NCBI GenBank assembly: GCA_051453625.1
Contig: JBOZIK010000001.1
Coordinates: 49,584,814 to 49,646,199, forward strand
Length of the DNA stretch: 61,386 nucleotides
Direction of reading: 5' to 3'
Source of the DNA: Welwitschia mirabilis
Taxonomy: Eukaryota
Positions 39,025-52,270 of the stretch are shown here, piece after piece. Position 1 is the stretch's first letter. The number at the start of each line of letters is the position of its first letter. The translations under genes were made by a program, and so were the position numbers. Under the pieces are notes generated by a model that made no database searches, was not told the DNA's origin, and was given only the letters and a program-made list of their open reading frames with translations.

Positions 39025-42000
39025 TCAAAGATATAGGGAATTTATCGGTTCACTTTCTTCAATACCATTTAAACTCTTTAGTTTATATGTTCCCTTGTTG
39101 AACTTCTGTGAGATGATAAATTGTCCTAACCAATTAGGTAAAAACTTTGAAGTCTTTTCAGTTAAGTTCGCTTTCAACACTATGTTGCTTATATTATAAG
39201 ATCTTAGATTCACATGCTTATTATATGCATTACTGATTCACTTCTAGTAAAGTTGGATTTGTTGTAAGGATTGTATTCATTTTTCATCTAAAGTTTCAAG
39301 TTGTGCAAGTCGCATTTCCTTTTTCATATCAGATAACTCTAGATCCTTAACTAGCATTTTTAAGGTGGGAATTTAAAGTCGAATGGGCAAGGCCACTTTT
39401 TTACCATAGACAAGTTGAAATGGTGTTGTTCCTATAGCAGTTTTTAGTGCAGTGCGGTAAGCCCATAATGCCAAAGGCAATTTCTCATGCCATGACTTCG
39501 TATTTCTTTATAAGAATTTCTTGAGATAATTTATGATTAATTTATTTGTAGCTTCAGCTTGTCCATTTTCTTGAGGATAGCATGATGTTGAAAAGGAATG
39601 GTTTATCCTAAATTTGCTTAAGAAATTCTTCAATTCTAGTGATCTAAATTACGGATTATTATCAGTGACAATGATATAAGGTATGCCAAATCTAGCAATG
39701 ATGTAATCAAGAATGAAATTTTGAATTCTTTTTAATGTTGTTTGCCATAATGGGACTTCTTCAACCCATTTAGAAAAGTATTCTATTGTAGTAAGGATCA
39801 ACACATATTATCCCAATGAGGCAAGCATAATAGGATGGATTAAATCCATACCCCATTTTCTAAAAACCCAAATTGGATTACAAGAAAAAAGCTTAGTAGG
39901 TAGTTGATGTATTTTTGGTGAAAATATCTGACAAGTGTGACATGTTTTGACTATCTTAAAATAGTCATCGTTCATTATTTTCTACAAATAGCCAGATCAT
40001 AATACATGAGCCAATAATGATCTTATCTCCTAGTGGAGCTCACATAGTTCAACATGGGTATCTTTTAGGACATAAGTAGCTTCCCTTAATTTTAGACATC
40101 TTAATAGGATACCTTTGTTTAACTTCTTATATATTTAACCTTGAATTAGGGCAAAATGCATTACTTGATTCCTGAATTTTTGTTTCTATAATGAAGAGAG
40201 ATTTTCAGGTATCCTTTGTTCAGTGAAGTAATCTAATAAAGTATCATATCATTTATCATTTAATTTAGGATTTTTATCAATTGACTTACATCATCTTGTG
40301 ATAACTCTAGATAAGCAGTCATCTGATGTTCATAAAGAAAATTTTAACTGATGCCCATGCATGTGATATACTCTTTAAGGGATGAATCTCTAAAACACAT
40401 TTGAGCAAAGTTTGCAAGATAATCTGTGAATTGATTCTCATTTCTAGAAATAGTTAGAATTTCACATGCCTTAAGTTATGTAAGAAGATTTTTTAACTCT
40501 TCTGAGATATGCACCTAGGATTCTTGATCTAGCTTTGTACTTGCCTAAGACTTGGTTGATAATTGTGGGTCACCAAAAATGCGTAATTTCATGAAACCTA
40601 CTTGAATAACTAGCATGATTCCTCTTTTCAAAGCCTCATATTCAGTAATGTTATTTGTGTAATGAAAGTTTAGCTTAAAAGAGAATAACAAGCTTGTTTT
40701 GTTGTTGAGAAAGAAGACTACTCCTGCAAATCCATGGTTTCGGTTAGATGCGCCATCAAAAAACAACAATTCATCATAATTCTTTTTCATTTCAACAATG
40801 TGAATTTCTTCATTAGGGAATTATTCAAATTCACTTGAGGTTTCACCTTTAGCTTCTATTAGTAGATTTGCCATTTATTCAGCTATGTACTTTCCCTTGA
40901 CTGATTTTTGAGATTGGAATTCTAGGTCGACTTCAGTGAGAATCGATGCCCACTTTGTAAATTGTATGCTACCAGTAGTATATTCGAGTAGATGTTTAAG
41001 TAAATTCTAATTATTAATCATAATTATTTTATTTATCATTATATAATGACAAAAATTTTGTGAACCAAACCTTAAACTCAAACATGTCTTTTTTGCTTCA
41101 GTATAATTTCTCTCATATTGATGTAGTGTTCTACTGATGTAATAAATTAGGTGATATCAATGTAAATCATCATGTTAAAAGATCATTACACTAATTGATG
41201 ATGATGTATTGTAACACCCCAACTTTAATTACCCTAATTAACCATAAAATTTTTTTTTTTTGTATATAGTTATTAACTTATCATGCACAACGGAACCTAG
41301 GATCAAATCCTAATTAGACTCTATTAACATATTATAAGATTNNNNNNNNNNNNNNNNNNNNNNNNNNNNNNNNNNNNNNNNNNNNNNNNNNNNNNNNNNN
41401 NNNNNNNNNNNNNNNNNNNNNNNNNNNNNNNNNNNNNNNNNATTAAAATTAATATCAAAATGTTTTACATAGTTTAGAAACCCTATTAATTAAAGTTTAC
41501 AAAATGTGGGTTATAACATGTATGTGCCAAGTAAAGGTATGGTTGATCAAGCTTAGGTAAACTTAGAACAGGGGTGAATGTCAAATATTTCTTAATTTAA
41601 TCAAAATACTTTTAACAATTTTTGTCCCACTTAAATTAGTTCTCTTTCTTAATAAAATGCATAAATGGTTCACATCCATTCACTAAAGTTAAAATAAATA
41701 GGGGTATTACTTGTAGTCTACCTTGGAGACTACATAATTGTTTCAAGTTGCATGGTAATGGCATATCTATAATTGCCTTTATCTTATCAGGAATAGTTTC
41801 TATGCCTCATTTCGATACAATGAATCCTAAGAGTTTTCCTAATGGCATACCAAATACACATTTGTTGGGTTTAGGCATAAATTATATCATCTTGCTTATG
41901 TGAAAAGTTAATTTATATTATTAGAATGATCAAAAATTATCTTTGACTTAATCACAACATCATGAACATACTCTTCCATGTTGCGGTGGTTCATATTATA

Positions 42001-42500
42001 AAAGATATGTGTCATTGCACGCTGGTAGGTTGCACCAGTATTTTTTAATCCAAAGGGCATCATAACATAATAGAAGAAACTTCATGATGTTATGAAAGTT
42101 GTTTTGTACTGCTCGGTATCTAATTGTAACCTGAGTAATCATCCATGAATCATAAGAGATCATAACTGACAGTGTTATCTACTAGGATGTCGATATTCGA
42201 CAAAGGATAGTCATCCTTTAAGGTAACCTTATTAAATTATGATAATTAATACAAATCCTAATCTAGCCATTCTTTTTTCGAATGACCATAGTATTTGATA
42301 GTTAATCTGAGTAATTTGCTAGTCAGATAAAATGGGTAATCAAAAGATGCTTTACATTTTGTTTCACTACTAATGCAAGGTGAGGTTTAGCTTTTTAACT
42401 TTTTATCTCAGTAGGATTGAGTTTGGCTTTAGAATAATGTTATGCATAATTATTGATTTATTAATTCCTAGCATATCTTTATATTACCAAGCAAAGATGT
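39025..42500 (-). pseudogene. Ogre/Tat pol: RT, RNase H, additional archaeal-type RNase H, integrase, GPY/F-like tail
   Basis: RT: KVTLKDDYPLSNIDILVDNT, MPFGLKNTGATYQRAM, PNKCVFGMPLGKLLGFIVS. aRH ORF 40545-40790: LFFDGASN...TNNITEYEAL...IFGDPQL. Integrase: EYFSKWVEEV, RFGIPYIIVTDNNP, YPQENGQAEATNK, LPLALWAYRT. ORF 39025-39213: KFLPNWLGQF. Confidence 0.92.
41210..41518. mobile_element. Tekay/Del-like LTR insertion (solo LTR or collapsed element; contains an N gap) inside the Ogre RT-RH junction
   Basis: Termini TGTAACACCCC...GTGGGTTATAACA with a perfect TSD TGTAT at 41205-41209 and 41519-41523. Confidence 0.88.
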
Positions 42501-43479
42501 CTCTATTGGAAGATAGCATATTTTTGAGCTCAAATTTGGTTTATTGCGGTAGTTGTTTATTGATCTCAAGAGATTTTTCTCAACTAATGGGATATATGAG
42601 AAAGTCATATGCTATGACATCCTACTATTTTACTAGAGATGATTTTACATTTTATGACTTCATTATTTCGTATGCCTCAGAGTTTTCACTCATTTGTTCT
42701 TGATTTGAGAAGATATAAGGCTTCCCTAAGAAATCGCTATAATTGAAATCGACAAGGTTCAAATCAACGTACCTTTTGATAGGTTGACCATTAAGGGTGA
42801 AATGCAGGGGCATGTTTAATTGACTCCTCATTGTGATGTCCTATAAGCTAAGAAATTGACATAAGAACGATAACAATGAGGGATAAACTACAAGTAGACA
42901 CTGAAAAACATGTCAAACTACTTTAATTAAAATATTTGGAAAACAAAACATAAAATATTTTAGAAGATACTTTTCTCTTTCATTGTTTATATTAATAAGA
43001 AAATTTTGAAACATCACGCTTTGCAAATGTTTATGTGTAATGTGATAGGTAGANNNNNNNNNNGTCCTTTGTGTTTTAACTAGATAAATGAACTAGAATC
43101 TCTTTTCCCTCTTTTTTTAAAAAATTATTGTCTATTTTTATCTTGTTTTTCTTTTTATATATTTTTTGTATATACACAGATGTACATGTTTTTCTTTTTG
43201 TAATTTCTCTTTTGTTTTGGTTGTTTTATTTATTTATTTATTTTTCTTTGGTTTTGCATAAGCATTTTCTTTTTTCTTTATTAAGAGTTTTAAATCATGA
43301 GCTAATTAGAAAATCATCTAAGAGGAATGGAATCCATCCTATGTATAAGATTTAACTATTAGGAATGAGCAAGACCTTCATTATATGAGGGTCCATCAGA
43401 TCATATTCAAAATGTAAGAAGGGAATAGTCATCTATTCAGATGCGAAGGACAATGATGGAGAAGATGACATCGATAATG

Positions 43480-45810
43480 CTTTCACATTTGCCATAATAT
43501 TATTGCATTCTAATGAAACTAAAATTTTGTAACCTATAAATTTTATCTTTTAATGGGGATAAAGATATGATTTCCCCCATATCTATTATCAAAGGACATC
43601 CTAGTAACAATTAAATGCTACTTCCTTGTCTATTACATGAAATTTAGTGTCATTAACCATTTGAGCTACTTCAATAGGTAAAGAGACTATCCCTTTTGAT
43701 TTATCCTTATGATCATTAAATTCTTTGATCATCATACTTTTCTTTGCATTTAAGAGATGACTCATTTTAAGCTTCTCAAGGCATGATGAACCTATCACAT
43801 TTAGTTCAGCTCCACAATCGATAAAGCTCTACTTACTTTGGTAGGCTTGATGTTTATAGATACGTAAGGTGGTTTAGTAATTATTATCTTCTTAGGGGGT
43901 TGTAGAAATCTCATGATATGAGAAGTGAATTTTCTCTTCGTTTTCGTCACTCTTTTAGGAATGTACCTGCTTTGAGGTGGCTCTTTCCTTGTGTGGTTGA
44001 TTTTGATTGGGAGATGACTTCAACCTCAAATTCTCCTCACATATCCTTTCAAATGCGAGTCTATGGGGCTTGGATTTTTCAATAAATAAGGTTAAATAAT
44101 GATATGTCTCCTCTAATTTAGAGGCAAGTGCCTATGTTGGTGTATGTGATCGAAGGATAGGATGAGTTCAAGAATATTCTTCTCAAACCAGTGTTTCTAT
44201 TTTTTTCTTGTTCTTCTAAATGACTTAATTTAATGATTTTTTATGTTGATCTTAGATTATTAGAATTGCATAGGAACTATCATCATTTTGAAATGCTACA
44301 TTTCATGGTGGTTTCGATGTAAGAGGTTGAGTAGGAAAGGGGTTCTTATAAATCTCAAGCTATTCATTTACAGCTGCTAAGATAGTGTCAAATTTTATGT
44401 TTTTTTTTTTGTTTTTAATGATGTCTTAAATAATGTGTTTTAGATGAAAACAATAATCAGTATGATGTCCTTGAACTAGATGGTACTCATAATACTTTGA
44501 CTCATCATACCCTCTTGGTTTAGGTGCATTTGAATTCCTTTAACTAATTGGAGATAATTATATTATCCCCTTTTTTAGTAACGTTGAGAGGATTTGTCAC
44601 ATTGGGATATTTAATTTTATGAAACTCTTTTTAGGTTGAGAAATTGCAGTTTGATTTTAAGGCCTACATTAACCTTGATTTTGAGGCATATGTGCCTATT
44701 GTTAAGGTTGTAGTGGTGTATATTGAGGTTATGGTGGTAGTGGAAGTTGCACTTGTCGAGGTGGAGGATAAAATGGTTGATGGTAAGTTGATTGAGAAGC
44801 AAAAGCTTTTGGAGGAAAAGTGGATTATGGTGCCATTGACATCATCATTGGATTGTCCATCAATTGGAGTGGATAAATTGGTTGATTGACAATAGTAACA
44901 TTCTTTAGGATGCTGCTTCTAATGTTGTTATTATCTCTTTTAGATGGTTCTCTTTAGGAGGTATTATCATATTCTATGGCTTCTTTCTCTTCTCCTACAA
45001 CTTCAGTTCTTTTTGCTAGGCTGATAATTTGTTTGAAGGTTTTAAATAATTGCATTTTGAGATGTTCTATATTAGAGTCTACAATGAAGGTTTTCAGTTA
45101 TAGGGCAATGATCCTTCATCATCATGCATAAGCTTGTACTATTTTATTGAACTATTATTTCATTATAGTAAAGGAGTCTAACATAACTCATTTTGTAATA
45201 TTAATGAAATAATATTGAACAAATATTTCTAGTAATTGTTTTAAACTTTTGATCAAATGAGTTGGTATCCTATGATATCATTCAAGGGCTTCTTGTTTTA
45301 AAGATTAGTAAAATAGGTGATAGGCTGTGTTCCATTCAATGTTGTACATATGACATGCATGTTTGTAGTTTCTTAAATGCATGACGGGGTCTTCTACACC
45401 TATGAATTTCTCAAAGTCAGGCATTTCACCAGGTGATATAATTTTACGAGGAATGAAAGGGTAAATCAAGGTGTCATCAAAGTCAGAATCTAAATAGATT
45501 TTTTTGTTTTCGAGACCTCATTTTAGATCATTAATGGCTTTCCAAATGGTTATCAAATTAGGTTGATTGAGAGTTTTGTTTTTAGCTTGCCTAGTTCTAG
45601 GTGATTCTTCATGTGTGGAGTATTCGAATAAACTATCATCATCATCAGCCTATTTCTTTGGGGCTTGCTCTTATAGTGGTTGTTGGATTTTTGGGTTTTC
45701 TTCACGACCCATTCATTGATGAACTCTTCATTATTACTTTTTTCATAAAGGAGTTTATTCTGATGAGCTTGAATCTTTTCTTGACTGGTTAATCCTAATC
45801 TTTTAGATGN
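43480..45810 (-). pseudogene. Ogre/Tat gag and protease remnant
   Basis: EMPDFEKFIGVEDPVMHLRNY at ~45370-45430. Ogre-type knuckle YDESKYYEYHLVQGHHTDYCFHLKH at ~44435-44510. Protease ALIDCGAELNVIG at ~43790-43830. Confidence 0.88.
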
Positions 45811-47299
45811 NNNNNNNNNNNNNNNNNNNNNNNNNNNNNNNNNNNNNNNNNNNNNNNNNNNNNNNNNNNNNNNNNNNNNNNNNNNNNNNNNNNNNNNNNN
45901 NNNNNNNNNNNNNNNNNNNNNNNNNNNNNNNNNNNNNNNNNNNNNNNNNNNNNNNNNNNNNNNNNNNNNNNNNNNNNNNNNNNNNNNNNNNNNNNNNNNN
46001 NNNNNNNNNNNNNNNNNNNNNNNNNNNNNNNNNNNNNNNNNNNNNNNNNNNNNNNNNNNNNNNNNNNNNNNNNNNNNNNNNNNNNNNNNNNNNNNNNNNN
46101 NNNNNNNNNNNNNNNNNNNNNNNNNNNNNNNNNNNNNNNNNNNNNNNNNNNNNNNNNNNNNNNNNNNNNNNNNNNNNNNNNNNNNNNNNNNNNNNNNNNN
46201 NNNNNNNNNNNNNNNNNNNNNNNNNNNNNNNNNNNNNNNNNNNNNNNNNNNNNNNNNNNNNNNNNNNNNNNNNNNNNNNNNNNNNNNNNNNNNNNNNNNN
46301 NNNNNNNNNNNNNNNNNNNNNNNNNNNNNNNNNNNNNNNNNNNNNNNNNNNNNNNNNNNNNNNNNNNNNNNNNNNNNNNNNNNNNNNNNNNNNNNNNNNN
46401 NNNNNNNNNNNNNNNNNNNNNNNNNNNNNNNNNNNNNNNNNNNNNNNNNNNNNNNNNNNNNNNNNNNNNNNNNNNNNNNNNNNNNNNNNNNNNNNNNNNN
46501 NNNNNNNNNNNNNNNNNNNNNNNNNNNNNNNNNNNNNNNNNNNNNNNNNNNNNNNNNNNNNNNNNNNNNNNNNNNNNNNNNNNNNNNNNNNNNNNNNNNN
46601 NNNNNNNNNNNNNNNNNNNNNNNNNNNNNNTCCAGCAAAATATTTTTCTTTTTTGGAATATAATTTTTTTTTTGTTGATTTTAAGAGAACAAAAAATGAG
46701 CAAAGTGAGTGCCAATAATAAACAAAGACTAGATTTTAATATGATTTCAAATTCCTTAATTTAAAAAAAAGTTTTTCCCTAGAATTAAAAAGAATTTTTT
46801 TCTTTATAAACATAAGACTAATCATAATTAACAGTTTTAAAAGAAAACTCTTATCTAAGATGTAAACATAAGATGTAAAAATTATTTTCCTAAGTTTTTT
46901 TTTAAAAAAAAGAAAAAAATTTTAAATGTATAACTTAAAAAAAATATTTAAGTGCCCTTTTTTTGTCTTTAGAAAATAAAAATAAAAATAAAAATAAAAA
47001 TAAAGAACTTGGACTTTTTTATGGGTTCTCTCGCTGTGCGTTTTCTTTTGTTCCTTGCATTCTCCATTCTCCTATTTCCTTCTCTTTCTTACACCTCCAC
47101 TCTCCCTGATGCCTGTTCTTTTTTGTTTTATGATTTTGTGTGTTTTTCCTGCATTCTCCTATTCTTTTTAATGCCTTTCTATAAGTGCCTCATTTTTTGG
47201 TGCCGTCTCATACTGACTCCATTGTCTTCCACCACTACAGTGCCTAGGAATGTGCATTGCGATCACACTTATGAAAAGAAGTAACTTTCTTAAGTGAAC

Positions 47300-49108
47300 A
47301 TGGAAGGGGTATCATCTGTTAAACCTCCACTTTTCGATGGAAGAAACTATGCCTATAGGAAGATGAGGATGCAGGTATACTTATAGTCTTTTAAGTTTTG
47401 GGTATGGCAAAGCAAAGAAGAAGGATATAAGATCCTACAAAAATCATTCTAAATGCTGTAGCTAATACCACTACTCAAATTAAGAAAAGAAAAGATTAGT
47501 TAAATAAAGAAAAATATACTTTCATGTATGACTCTAAAGCTAAGAATGCACTTTATTTTGCTTTATCTATAGAAGAGTTCAATAGAATAGTAGATTGCAA
47601 GATGGCACAAGAAATTTGAAATGTTCAAGTTGGAACATATGAAGGACTAGAGTTTCAAACATTGTAAATGCAATACATGGCATTGGAGAAGATATTTCTA
47701 AAGCAAGGGTAATTTAAAAGATTGTTAGATCATTAATCCTTGATTATAGGTCCAAGACCATTAGTTATGGAAGAATCTAGAGATTTAAACATAGTGAAGA
47801 TAGAAGAGGTAGAGATCTCCTATAACATATGAAATGAATTTTATTTAAGATAGAGCTTTAAAAAACAAATCCATTACATTTAAGGCAAGCCAAAGCACAA
47901 ATCAGAGATTAAAAGAAAAGGTAAAAGAAGAATAGAAAGAATGACTCTGATGATGAAGATGAGAAACTAGCCTTCATTATTAAAAAAGTAAAAGTACTAC
48001 TTTCATGTAAGTATAATAGAAGAGATGAGTTCAAAAGATCATCTAGATTTCAAGCAAAAAGTAAGACTAAAGATAAGTAGTCTAATAATACTTCTTTTTC
48101 AAATGTTTCAAAAATCGAATGTTGGATATGTGAAGGAAGAGGACATATTGCCTCGGAATGTCATAATACTAATAGATTGCAAAAAGATAAATTAAATAAG
48201 TAACTCAAAATAAAGAAATCATTTTTTATTAAATAAGATGAAGACAATGAAACCATAGAAGATGAAGCATCAGATAATGGGAAAGCACATCCTTCCTACA
48301 TGGTTATAGCACACACTCAAGATGAATGCAATGATTTAAAAGAGAAATATGATTTAAACACTAAGGATGACATAGATATGAGTATTCAAGAAAAATATTC
48401 TTTTAATTTCTGAAGAGTTTATTAAAAATTATGTACAAAGATGAAAAAGTTACTTAGTATTCGCAAAAAGGCATATGAATAAGAAAAGGATGCTTGCAAT
48501 AAATTATGCACTAAAATTTTATCTTTTAAAGCTGAGGTTAGTAGACTAACATGTGTTTTGGACAATGTGAAATAGGAACTTTTAATTTAAGGCAAATCAT
48601 TGAATGATTAACATAAGGTAAAGAAGCTCTAAATATCATGCTTGGACAAAGCAAAAATCCAAATGATAAGAGTGGCTTGGGACACAATGAAGCTACAACT
48701 AGTACTTCAACTTCTTTATTTGAAAAATGGAATTATAAGCCAAGGTATGAGAATTTAACATATATAAATAACATCATTTGCTATTATTATCATTGTAGAG
48801 GTCATTATCAGTATAGACATCTAATAAAATTTAAAGATAGGTACTATACTAATGATACCAAGAGGCATCGTAGATTGATACATCATTTGGTGCATAATAG
48901 AGTAAGGAATGTTTTGATACCTCAAGCTAAATCAGATCTCAGAACTAAGAAGAAGCACCCTTATCACATATGTAGCAGTTACTCAAGGCATAACAAGTAT
49001 GTTACGACCCAATGCAATAATGATATGGTTGTTAGTAAGACTGCAAAATCTCAAGGCACTAAAGGATACACTGATTCGTATAGAAACTTAGATATTGCAC
49101 CTTGCTAA
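47300..49108 (+). pseudogene. SIRE-type gag, fragmented by stops and frameshifts
   Basis: Starts MEGVSSVKPPLFDGRNYAY.KMRMQVYL. Also DSKAKNALYFALSIEEFNRIVDCKMAQEI, an intact knuckle IECWICEGRGHIASECH (~48114-48165), DKSGLGHN, and a second decayed knuckle in ORF 48638-49108. Confidence 0.9.
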
Positions 49109-49798
49109 ATTAGGTAAGTAAAGTAGGTAACCTCATTAACATCTCAACTCCATTGCATTTATCTTATGATTTAAGATTATGATTAGAATTAGTTTGTATA
49201 GTTAAAGTTAAATTATGCATGTGAACCTTAGATCTTGGAGTATTCTTGTTATGGTTATAATAGTCGTAGATTATTTTTAAAAAATCTACAAATTTTATTG
49301 TAGACATCTTCAATTTTATAGACATCTCTGATGAAGACATCTTGAAATTTGTAGACATCTTGGAATTAGATGTCTTGACTTTTATAAACATCTTAGAAGG
49401 GCAAGTACGTTATTTTAATTTTTTCAAATTAAACATTTTGGTTTTGGTAGATGTCTTAGAAGGAAAAAAAAATGTATTAGAATTATTTTAACAGTAGATG
49501 TCTACCTTTTGCATGTTAAATGTCTTAAGATTTGTAGACATCTTGACTGTACTAGTTTAGAAATAAAAACATGCCAAAAGCTAGGGTTTTTAACCTTTTT
49601 AATACCAAAAGGAACCACCAAATCTTATTTTAAAGTCTTCCCTCAACATATGTCTCTCTCATGTGATTTTTTAGGTTGCATTTTCTCAGATTTCTCTTGC
49701 TAGATGTCTTAGATTATTGGAACCTCTCAAAAAAAGATAAGAACAGATCTTGTTCTTATATTTCAATTGCCCTCTTATCAATTTATTATTTTGTAAAA

Positions 49799-51482
49799 AT
49801 GGTAAGAAAAAAGGAAAAAAGAACTTCTAAAAGTAAAGAACAAGCCTTAAAATAAACCTGAGCATAATATAAACCTTAGTTCTATCATAAGGAAATAGAA
49901 AGAAGATTTAGGGATTGGTCAAGAAATTCAATCGTTATAGAGAGAACCCTTGGTCTTTAGAAGAGGTGTAGAGAATAATTTATGAGTTATTTTATTCAAC
50001 TTGATTGAGAAATGATAGTTTAGCTTGTTCATTATATTTCTAATCAAGTGGTAAGAGATTTTTATGCAAACATATATGAAATTAATGATAGTACTAATGC
50101 ATTTTAGATTTAGGTTAGAGGTACTAATTTGCATATTGTTTTAAGTTTTATTAATTCTTTGTTTGACATAAATGATATGAATGTTTCACATTTTTATAAT
50201 AATTCATTTATAGAAATATTTAATTCTAGAATTGTTAATGTATCTCACTATCAAATGAGTAATGTTTTATTTGGACATAGTAGAATAAACTTTGTTAAAG
50301 ATATTGAAAGAAAAGATATGATGCCTAGTGCCTTAGTTCTCAGTTTGGTAACATTTTACAACATTTTAGTTAGAGGAGGAAACTTTAGTTATTACAAATC
50401 CATGCAAACTTAATTGTATGCTATTTACTCATATGCTTTTATATAGATTTGGGTTTTGTTTTATGTATGGATATCATCTCATTGTTTCACAAGAGGCATA
50501 CTTTGGACCATCCATGTTTAACTAGCCTAATCATTAGTAGTGCAAATATTTTAGTACCACAAATTAACCTCATTTATCAAAATAAGCCATTAGCAGAATT
50601 TAGTGAGAAACAAAGGTCACCAGTGACATCAAGTAAGGGCATGAGCAAGAAGACACCATAGATTCAAAGATCATTTTCGACTGCTATTCATAGCTCTTCC
50701 TCAGTGAAAAAAGGACTGAAGGTTATTATAAAAATGATTAACAAAAGTAGAATAAACCTTCTAAGGCTAAAGAAACATAGATTTACAAAAAGTAAAGGTA
50801 AAGCACAAGTAGAAAGTTAAGAATCCATAAGAACTTTCACATGATCAGACTCAGAGGAGGAGTCAGAAGAAGAAAAGGAAGCAGGACTATCAACTTCATT
50901 TGGAATAGGGTATGACTTAGGCATAGTAATAGATAGTGAGTCCTTAGAGGAGTCTTCTGGAAATGAATCATAGGCTTGAGGGGAGTACCAAACTCCCATA
51001 GAAACACATGTATAAGGAGGGCACATGCTCCAAGTCCTTCTTAGTAAAGGCCAGCACCATAAGAGATAGAGTCTAAGAGCTTAGATGCTACACCTTGTAT
51101 CTTTCATCATCTTCATCATAAGATTCCATTCTACTATCCTACATAGCCGCCATCATTATCTAGACCCTCTTCACCACCATGTGAACCTTTTCCACCTCTG
51201 GTTCATCCACCATTATCACCTTCTTCACACTTAGAGCCCATTTAGGTAGAATTACTTTCATTTGTTCGGCTACCACCCAACTTCACAGAGACTACCATCA
51301 CCAATTTCTTTAAGGCTTATATTACTTCTCAAATGTATCAATGTATGATAAGACATATCTTTGAGGGCCCTGATGAGACATCACAACACCCCTCTAGAAA
51401 AGGGCACACTTCACTTCCCACTTTCTCATCATCACACACCCAACAAACCTCCACCACCCATGATAGTGATGGAGAACACTAA
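49799..51482 (+). pseudogene. Env-like extra ORF of the SIRE-like element (putative plant transposon protein type), degenerate
   Basis: Basic N-terminus MVRKKEKRTSKSKEQ, VRDFYANI at ~50052 followed by VRGT, TLDHPCLTSLII, then an acidic and Pro/Ser-rich tail. It sits in the canonical position before the 3' UTR and PPT. Confidence 0.72.
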
Positions 51483-52270
51483 GGTGGCAGTACATGAATA
51501 ATTTAGATCTCAATGATTAAAACCTTTGTTGATATCCAAAAAAAGAAAATCATATGTGGAAAATCATTGACAGGTCAGTTGGACACTATAACTCCTAGGT
51601 TGAGGACACTCTATTAGGATTGAAGATCTTGATTATGAGATCTTGGATTGGGTCCATGAGTGTTATCATTTGTATTAGTGATCCCTTCTTTATATTTTGG
51701 CATACATTCATGTTATTTATTACTTTTTTAATAGTATGCTTATTAATACATATCTTATGTTTAATACTTTTCTCATTCTTAAATATCATGCTTTTATATG
51801 TTTTTGTGGACATACTTTTGAATATTTAATACTTTGATTATTTGGTGATTAAAATTATTTTATATGATGGTAACACATTTTTTTAATTACTCTGATGCTT
51901 ATTGACTATAATTCTTATGAGCACATCCTTCATGAGATAAGGTTGGCACATAATTGAATTTCATGTTTTAAAAATGGCACATTTTCATACTTTATTTTTA
52001 CATACATCTATAAATGGAGAATACAATGATTTATCATTTATCTTTATGTATTTTCAACGTTGTGTAAGTGATCATTAATATTCCTTATTCTAATTCTTCA
52101 AGTGCTATATATCTATGTGATTTTTTATGATTTCAGTGGCATATATCATTATTATTAAAACTAGTAATTATGTGCATTTCTCTAAGATAAAATGTTTTAT
52201 TTCAATTGCTGAGTTGAGATTGTACTAATAAGATTTGCCAAGTTTTGAACATCATAAAAAAGGAGGAGAT

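Larger units (their letters stand above)
35501..47267 (-). mobile_element. Ty3/gypsy Ogre/Tat element, degenerate, inserted between the PBS and gag of the SIRE-like element
   Basis: LTR copies 36046-36693 and 46637-47267 align and both end atcaca on the plus strand. PPT aaggggacaac at 36694-36704. The rest of the 5' LTR and the PBS fall in the gap at 45810-46630. Domain order is gag-PR-(spacer)-RT-RH-aRH-INT. The 3' LTR has TTTGACT-rich repeats at 35600-35930. The left boundary is approximate. Confidence 0.9.

Noticed and set aside
45553-46718. Long ORFs of 303-361 aa, and similar ORFs at 10319-10769, 38733-38976 and 55203-55739
   Set aside because: They are artefacts of translating through N runs.
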